In this document: positions 58,617 to 64,000 of the stretch, piece after piece
Layout of the letters: each line of letters opens with the position of its first letter
Numbering within the stretch: the first letter of the stretch is position 1
Translations under genes and position numbers: made by a program
Notes under the pieces: generated by a model
What the model saw: the letters and a program-made list of their open reading frames with translations, nothing else
The model's database searches: none
Told to the model about the DNA's origin: nothing
Source: Candidatus Sericytochromatia bacterium
GTDB taxonomy: Bacteria; Cyanobacteriota; Sericytochromatia; S15B-MN24; VGJW01
Direction of reading: 5' to 3'
DNA: 64,000 nt
Assembly (NCBI GenBank): GCA_035286125.1
Contig: JAYKIS010000003.1
Location: 6,264-70,263 of the forward strand

Positions 58617-59263
58617 GACAGGGTGCCGAAGGTCCTGTCCCCAGCGTCGCCGAGGCCCGGGACGATATAGCCACGCTCATTGAGGTGGCTGTCGATGCAG
58701 ACCGTGTAGATGGGCACGGAGGGATGATCGGACCGCAACCTCGAAACTCCTTCGGGGCTGGCGATGAGACAGAGGAACTTGAGTTGGGCGACGCCCCGCT
58801 GGCGAAAGAGGTCGATGGTCGCCGAGGCAGACCCACCCGTCGCCAGCATGGGATCGATGACCAGGACCAGCGTCTCCGGCGGGAAACGCTCGGGAAGCTT
58901 GGCGTAGTAGGTCACGGGCTCGAGGCGCTCCTCATCCCGATACAGGCCGATGTGCCGGACTTCGGCCTCAGGCAGCAACTCCATGGCTGGCTCGACCAGC
59001 GCCAGGCCGGCACGAAGGATGGGTGCAATCACGATGGGCCTGTCGCCAATCGTCTTGCCCTTCGCGATGGCCAGCGGTGTCTCCACCTCGATGTCGGTCG
59101 TGGGCAGGTCGCGCGTGGCCTCGAGGATGAGAAACTTGGCCAGTTCCCGAGCCCGTTGACGGAATCGGGGGACCGAAGTGCCTCGGGCCCGAAGTTCGGC
59201 GACGGCCGTGTGCACGAGCGGATGATCCAACTCGTGGACCATGGCATCGCGGGAACGTGTCAT
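58613..59263 (-). CDS. upp: Uracil phosphoribosyltransferase
   Basis: PRPP-binding motif VLVIDPMLATGGS. GGAGGAG RBS before ATG 59263. Confidence 0.9.
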   Translation of the reverse strand: MTRSRDAMVHELDHPLVHTAVAELRARGTSVPRFRQRARELAKFLILEATRDLPTTDIEVETPLAIAKGKTIGDRPIVIAPILRAGLALVEPAMELLPEAEVRHIGLYRDEERLEPVTYYAKLPERFPPETLVLVIDPMLATGGSASATIDLFRQRGVAQLKFLCLIASPEGVSRLRSDHPSVPIYTVCIDSHLNERGYIVPGLGDAGDRTFGTLS

Positions 59264-59856
59264 GCACTCCTCCAGATGGCACGCGTCTGCCAGATCATCG
59301 CCACACCGGACCAGACGGTCAGGAAGACGGCCAGGCCATACAGGCCCATCGCCCACGGGACGAGCGGCGGCCAAGGAACGAGAAGCGCGGAAATCGAACA
59401 CATCTGCGCAATGGCCTTGGCCTTGCCTGACCAGGCGGCGGGCCGGATACCCTGGCCCATATCGGCCAGCACGATCCGCAAACCTGTCGCCACGAACTCG
59501 CGCGCCAGCACCACGCTGACACTCCAGCCCGGCAAGGTGCCCGCCTCGACGAAAGCCACGAGGCAAGCGGCAACCAGGACCTTGTCGGCCAGAGGATCGA
59601 GCCAGGCCCCCATCGCCGAGGTCTGCCCCATGCGTCGCGCGAGCAGTCCGTCCATCCAGTCCGACGCCGCAGCCAGGCTGAAGAGGCCAAGCGGCACCCA
59701 AGAGCGCCAATCCGAAAGGTCATGGGGTGCCCACGCCATAGACGCCACTATCGGCGGAACCAGCACGAACCGGAACAACGTGACCCAAGTTGCCACGGTC
59801 AGGGGAGAGACGGGCCTGCCCGGCGGGGCGTCAGAGGGCGACGCCATGGAAGTCAT
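59260..59856 (-). CDS. pgsA: CDP-diacylglycerol--glycerol-3-phosphate 3-phosphatidyltransferase
   Basis: CDP-alcohol phosphatidyltransferase motif DWMDGLLAR...G...DPLADK. Confidence 0.8.
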   Translation of the reverse strand: MTSMASPSDAPPGRPVSPLTVATWVTLFRFVLVPPIVASMAWAPHDLSDWRSWVPLGLFSLAAASDWMDGLLARRMGQTSAMGAWLDPLADKVLVAACLVAFVEAGTLPGWSVSVVLAREFVATGLRIVLADMGQGIRPAAWSGKAKAIAQMCSISALLVPWPPLVPWAMGLYGLAVFLTVWSGVAMIWQTRAIWRSA

Positions 59857-61147
59857 AGTGCGCAGCCTCGGTCACACGCACCGGAACGATGCTGCCGATC
59901 TCGAGGTCGTGCTCGGCACGGACAAAGGTAAGGCCATCGATCTCGGGGGCATCCCGATAGGTCCGTCCTATCCAGCGGCCACGCCGCTCGTCGAGTCCCT
60001 CGATCAACACGTCCAGCGTACGACCGACGAGCGCTTGATGGTGCTCCAGCGAGATGGCCTGCTGTACCTCCATGATGCGCCGCTGACGCGCCACGCGCGT
60101 CCGCTTCGGGACGACGGGCTTCATCTTCGCTCCGGGCGTTCCCTTTTCGGGGGAATAAGTGAAGGCACCCACATGATCGAGGCGGGCCTGCCGGACGAAA
60201 TCGAGCACGTGTTCGGCATGCTCCTCGGTTTCGCCGGGGAAGCCGGTGATGAAGGTGGTACGCAAGGCCATGTCAGGCACGATGGAGCGCATCCGTGCGA
60301 CCAGTTCCCCCGGGGGCTCGTGCCGGGGCCGCTTCATCGCCTTGAGCATGTCGGGATGCGTGTGCTGCAACGGAACATCCAGATAGGGCAGGACCTTGGG
60401 CAGGTCCCGGATGGCCTCGAGCAACTCGTTGGTCATGTAGTTGGGATAGGCATACAGGATACGGATCCAGGCAAGGCCATCGAGGGCATCGAGATCCGCA
60501 AGCAGTTGGGGCAGACGGAACTTGCCCGTCTCCTTCTGGCCATATCGGGTCGTGTCCTCGGCGATCAGCACGATCTCGCGGACTCCCTGGTCCACCAGAC
60601 GACGAGCCTCTGCCAGGATGGAAGGCTTCTCGCGCGACACGTACCGCCCCCTGAACTGCGGGATGATGCAGAACGTGCAAACGTGATCACAGCCCTCGGC
60701 TATCTTGAGATAGGCCGATGGCCCGAGGCCTGTCAGGCGGCGCGGCAGGTCGACCAGGACATTGCGGGCATCCGGCACGGGCGTCACGCCCTGGAATCGC
60801 TCGCCCTCGTCCACCCGACGCACGACATCGACGATGCCCCCGAAATCCCCCGTGCCGATGACGGCCGAAATCTCCGGCATGGTCTCGAGCAACTCTTCCT
60901 GATGCCGTTGGGCGAGGCAGCCCGCCACCACCACCCGTCGACCGTCCTGGCCCAGCTCGAGGATGGTGCGCACGGATTCCTGCGTCGCGTCACCCACGAA
61001 GGAACACGTATTGACGATGACGACGTCTGCGGCACGCTCGTCCCCGACGACCTCGTAGCCAGCCTCGGTCAACAGACCGAGCATGTTCTCGGAATCCACC
61101 GTGTTCTTGGAACAGCCGAGGCTGACCATGCCAACGCGACGCGTCAT
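59831..61147 (-). CDS. rimO: Ribosomal protein S12 methylthiotransferase (radical SAM MTTase with TRAM domain)
   Basis: N-terminal MTTase Cys triad, radical SAM CDHVCTFC, C-terminal TRAM. About 438 aa. Confidence 0.85.
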   Translation of the reverse strand: MTRRVGMVSLGCSKNTVDSENMLGLLTEAGYEVVGDERAADVVIVNTCSFVGDATQESVRTILELGQDGRRVVVAGCLAQRHQEELLETMPEISAVIGTGDFGGIVDVVRRVDEGERFQGVTPVPDARNVLVDLPRRLTGLGPSAYLKIAEGCDHVCTFCIIPQFRGRYVSREKPSILAEARRLVDQGVREIVLIAEDTTRYGQKETGKFRLPQLLADLDALDGLAWIRILYAYPNYMTNELLEAIRDLPKVLPYLDVPLQHTHPDMLKAMKRPRHEPPGELVARMRSIVPDMALRTTFITGFPGETEEHAEHVLDFVRQARLDHVGAFTYSPEKGTPGAKMKPVVPKRTRVARQRRIMEVQQAISLEHHQALVGRTLDVLIEGLDERRGRWIGRTYRDAPEIDGLTFVRAEHDLEIGSIVPVRVTEAAHYDFHGVAL

Positions 61148-61156
61148 CGACTTGCC

Positions 61157-62371
61157 TCAGCGACCGAGGCCGGGGGCCAGAACCACATCATCCGGAACCG
61201 GTGCGGCACCGGACAACAGGCTGTACAGGACGGAACCGGCCTGGTCCGTCAAACCACCCGAGGGAAGCAGATTCCAGGCGACGACCTTGCTCTTGCCGGG
61301 GGAAACGGCCCACAACTCGGAACCGTCCCCGTTGACCGTCAGGTTCGTTGGCTGGAAGCTGCCGCTCGGGGACAATGCCGTGAAATTGCCGGTCGAGGCA
61401 CCCGGGGCAATGGCATAGATGCCGAACGAGTCGGGATAAGCGAGGTACCGCCATCCCAGAGCATCCACGGCGATGCCTCCGACACCACCCGTGACGCCCG
61501 ACAGGAGCACCACGGTCTCGTTGACGACATTCAGGACACCCGGCTGCCACGAGGACAGGTCGCGGACCGACATGTAGGAGCCGTTGCCCGCATCCACGGA
61601 GTAGGCGAAGGCCGACGTGCCCGCGGCATCCTCCCAGATGACGACACGGGAGGGCTGCTGAGGATCCCGGCCTACGGCAGCGTCGAGAAGCTGGCCACTC
61701 GTCTGGATGTTGCCACTGTCGACGTTGTAGGCCAGCAAGCGGGCGACCTTGACCGTATTCGTCAGGGCCGGCTTGCGGGACAGGACCATCACCGCATGCT
61801 TGAAGGCACCGTCCGTGCCCAAGGGCGCCTGGCGGAAATTGCGCACGGCAACGGAGACGGGTTCGAAATCCTCAGGCAGGGAAACGGAACGATCCACCTG
61901 CCGCGTCCCGACATTGATGCGACGCAGCCTGCGCTCCTCGGGGCTGACGACATAGACGAACGCGCCGTCGCTGGTGATGGCAAGATCCGTCGGATTGACA
62001 CCAGCCTGGATGGTCGCCTCGATGTTGTTGCTGCGCCGATTGATGATGGCGACGGACCCGCTGACGCGGCACAGGACGAAGAGCAACTCGCGGTTCTTCT
62101 CGTTCGTCGTCCCGGCGGGCGCCACGACCATACGCGACGGATAGCCCGGCACCGAGATGGGATCCGAAACCGGCCGGCGAAGAACCGTATCGATGACGGC
62201 AACCTCGTTCGAGCTGCCCGTCGAGACGTAGGCACGCAACGTCGGAGCCCCGCCGGACGTCGGACCCGCAGCGTCCGCACCACGGAAGCAGCCCGCGAGC
62301 AACGCCACGAGGAGGCCGAGGACGCGGCCTCGGGCAGATACGGTCAGTCGGCGCAAGCAGGCCACCTCCAC
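61157..62371 (-). CDS. Lipoprotein with YVTN-type beta-propeller repeats
   Basis: Signal peptide plus lipobox LLAGC. Repeats such as AYVSTGSSNEVAVIDT and VYVVSPEERRLRRINV. Paralogue of the gene at 1..1010. Confidence 0.6.
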   Translation of the reverse strand: MEVACLRRLTVSARGRVLGLLVALLAGCFRGADAAGPTSGGAPTLRAYVSTGSSNEVAVIDTVLRRPVSDPISVPGYPSRMVVAPAGTTNEKNRELLFVLCRVSGSVAIINRRSNNIEATIQAGVNPTDLAITSDGAFVYVVSPEERRLRRINVGTRQVDRSVSLPEDFEPVSVAVRNFRQAPLGTDGAFKHAVMVLSRKPALTNTVKVARLLAYNVDSGNIQTSGQLLDAAVGRDPQQPSRVVIWEDAAGTSAFAYSVDAGNGSYMSVRDLSSWQPGVLNVVNETVVLLSGVTGGVGGIAVDALGWRYLAYPDSFGIYAIAPGASTGNFTALSPSGSFQPTNLTVNGDGSELWAVSPGKSKVVAWNLLPSGGLTDQAGSVLYSLLSGAAPVPDDVVLAPGLGR

Positions 62372-62380
62372 GCGCCCATC

Positions 62381-63928
62381 CTAGCAGACGGTAGCGCGGG
62401 TCGTCAGGGTCTCGCGCCCATCGCGCGCCAAATCACCGGAGGCCAGCATCTGGCCCAGGACACCCAGCACGGCGGGATCGAAATGGCCTGAGCCCTGCAT
62501 CTCTGCGAGCGCCTCGAGCGGCGGCAGCGCAGGCCGCCACGCCTTGGGCGTGGTCATCCCGTCCCAGGCCTCGGCCACGGCCAGGATACGTGCGAGCATC
62601 GGGATGGCCTCTCCCGCCAGCCCGCCGGGGTAGCCACTGCCGTCGAAACGTTCGTGGTGATGACGGATGGCCGCGATGGCCGAGGGATACCGGCTTACAG
62701 GGGCCAGCAAGCGCGCGCCGACCTCGGGGTGAACCTCCACGACGGCCCGCTCCTCGGGTGTCAGGGTACCCGGCTTGTGCAGCACGGTCGCCGGCACGGC
62801 AACCTTGCCCAGGTCGTGGAAACGCGCCGCAAGCCCCAAGGCCTCGAGGTCAGGCGCATCAAGGGACAAGCGGCGTCCCATTTCGGCGGTAAGGTGCTCG
62901 AGATAGCGGGCGTGGCCGGCCTCAAACCCATCCATCGCCTCGAGGGTCCCGACCAGCTCCCCGATAGCAGCCATGTAAGCTTCCTGACGCCGTTCCTCGA
63001 GGACGACGCGCCCGAGGGCCGAGGTCAGGCGCCCGGCCACCGTCCGGAACAGGCGACGTTCGCGGGCAACGAGGCGCTTGCCCTCACGCACGGACACCAG
63101 CACCACGCCCAACCACTGGCCTTCGTGCCGAAGGGGCAGGGCCCAGGCCTGGCCGATGCCGTAGCCTTGCGACTCTTCCGCGACACCGAACGGCGCCTCG
63201 ACGAGCTGGGGAGTGTCGGCAGCTGCGACCTGCGCTGGCCACGACGCGCCTTCCGGCACGATCCGAACGCCCTCTCCGCCGGATCGGGCACGCAAGACAA
63301 GGCCGTCACCATCACGCAGGAAGAGGAGCGCCGGCAAACCGCCCATGGCCTCGCGCAGGACGGCCAGACCCTGCTCAAGCCAGGCATCCAGGCTGCCCTG
63401 AACCCGATCCAGTTTCTCGAGCAGCAGCATGTCCCGGTGCGTCTGCTGGTAGCTCTCGTGCCAGACCAGCGACAAGGTCAGCGTGGCCTGACGGGACAGC
63501 CACTCGAGTCCGGACAGGACGATGAGCTTGTCCTGGGGCGAGAAGGGGCCGTGACGGACGTGGTCCTGGAACGAACCCGTCAAGGCCAACGCGATGTTTT
63601 CGGCCTGCGTCAAGGAAATACCGGCAGCCAGCCACGTGAGCGCCTCGGCCCGTAGTGCCTGATAGAAGACGATGGCCTCCGCAGGCTCCCCGGCATCACC
63701 GGCACCGGCCTCGAGACGGAGCAGGAGCAGGCCACGGGCCTGATCGACGAGCGCATCGGGGGCGTCCTCGGCCGTCACCGGCGCCCCACAGAGGCGAAGG
63801 GCCTGACGAAGCCGCTGCACGGCCGGCGCCTGGCCCTCGGCCAACCACGCGGCCCAGCGTCCCCGGTCCAGCACCGCCGACTGGCGGATGGGCTGGCGAG
63901 GCACGCTGCCGGGCTCGGGTGCCGCCAT
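62381..63928 (-). CDS. HD-GYP domain c-di-GMP phosphodiesterase with N-terminal GAF-like domain
   Basis: HDLGK...HHERFDGSGYPGG motifs. Confidence 0.8.
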   Translation of the reverse strand: MAAPEPGSVPRQPIRQSAVLDRGRWAAWLAEGQAPAVQRLRQALRLCGAPVTAEDAPDALVDQARGLLLLRLEAGAGDAGEPAEAIVFYQALRAEALTWLAAGISLTQAENIALALTGSFQDHVRHGPFSPQDKLIVLSGLEWLSRQATLTLSLVWHESYQQTHRDMLLLEKLDRVQGSLDAWLEQGLAVLREAMGGLPALLFLRDGDGLVLRARSGGEGVRIVPEGASWPAQVAAADTPQLVEAPFGVAEESQGYGIGQAWALPLRHEGQWLGVVLVSVREGKRLVARERRLFRTVAGRLTSALGRVVLEERRQEAYMAAIGELVGTLEAMDGFEAGHARYLEHLTAEMGRRLSLDAPDLEALGLAARFHDLGKVAVPATVLHKPGTLTPEERAVVEVHPEVGARLLAPVSRYPSAIAAIRHHHERFDGSGYPGGLAGEAIPMLARILAVAEAWDGMTTPKAWRPALPPLEALAEMQGSGHFDPAVLGVLGQMLASGDLARDGRETLTTRATVC

Positions 63929-64000
63929 CTGAACGGGCTGCTCCTTGTCGGCATCCCACCCGAAGACCCGATCCCGCCCTCCGTGCTTGGCTGCGTACAG

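Noticed and set aside
58685-62491. 1268-aa plus-strand ORF
   Set aside because: Antisense across upp, pgsA, rimO and the YVTN lipoprotein, all of which have clear motifs. The length is an artefact of stop-codon scarcity in GC-rich DNA.

Overview
High-GC (~68-70%) bacterial chromosomal segment. It is densely packed (many 4-nt ATGA/GTGA/TTGA start-stop overlaps) and uses many GTG/TTG starts. I found no transposases, integrases or CRISPR arrays, and GC content looks uniform, so this is mostly core-like chromosome with a few accessory pockets. The phylum cannot be assigned from the sequence alone.

Main content:
- Three tRNA genes: tRNA-Pro(GGG), tRNA-Ser(TGA), tRNA-Phe(GAA). None encodes the CCA end.
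- A long minus-strand housekeeping block: rimO-pgsA-upp-cinA-nth, der-plsY-rsmA-ispE, secD-secF, rpsF-ssb-pheS-pheT.
- A type IV pilus motor cluster, pilB-pilT-pilC, followed by queE.
- A c-di-AMP operon, lysA-cdaA-cdaR-uppS-holA.
- cysK-cysE, metG-tatD, fadH, an aldehyde dehydrogenase, a P-type ATPase, an HD-GYP/GAF c-di-GMP phosphodiesterase, and a two-component system.

Candidates for something undescribed, in order of interest:
1. A 613-aa protein encoded immediately upstream of pilB, in the pheST-...-pilBTC gene string. It has a C-terminal Roadblock/LC7 (MglB-like) domain, about 450 aa of disordered N-terminal sequence, a polybasic KG-rich head, and at least 11 tandem acidic tryptophan repeats (DAGWQAPVEG). 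No MglA GTPase is nearby. The adjacent PilB has an extra C-terminal double zinc ribbon.
2. A membrane protein with a Cache-like periplasmic domain and a long cytoplasmic coiled coil, encoded directly upstream of a sensor-less histidine kinase and its OmpR-type regulator. This looks like a putative three-component signalling module.
3. A convergent pair of lipoprotein S8 subtilases. One carries a single in-frame TAG that is probably a recent nonsense mutation. They sit next to an orphan Sfp-type PPTase, a GNAT and a membrane desaturase.

Many long ORFs in the six-frame track are antisense artefacts of the high GC content and were rejected. Coordinates derived by hand may be off by 1-3 nt.
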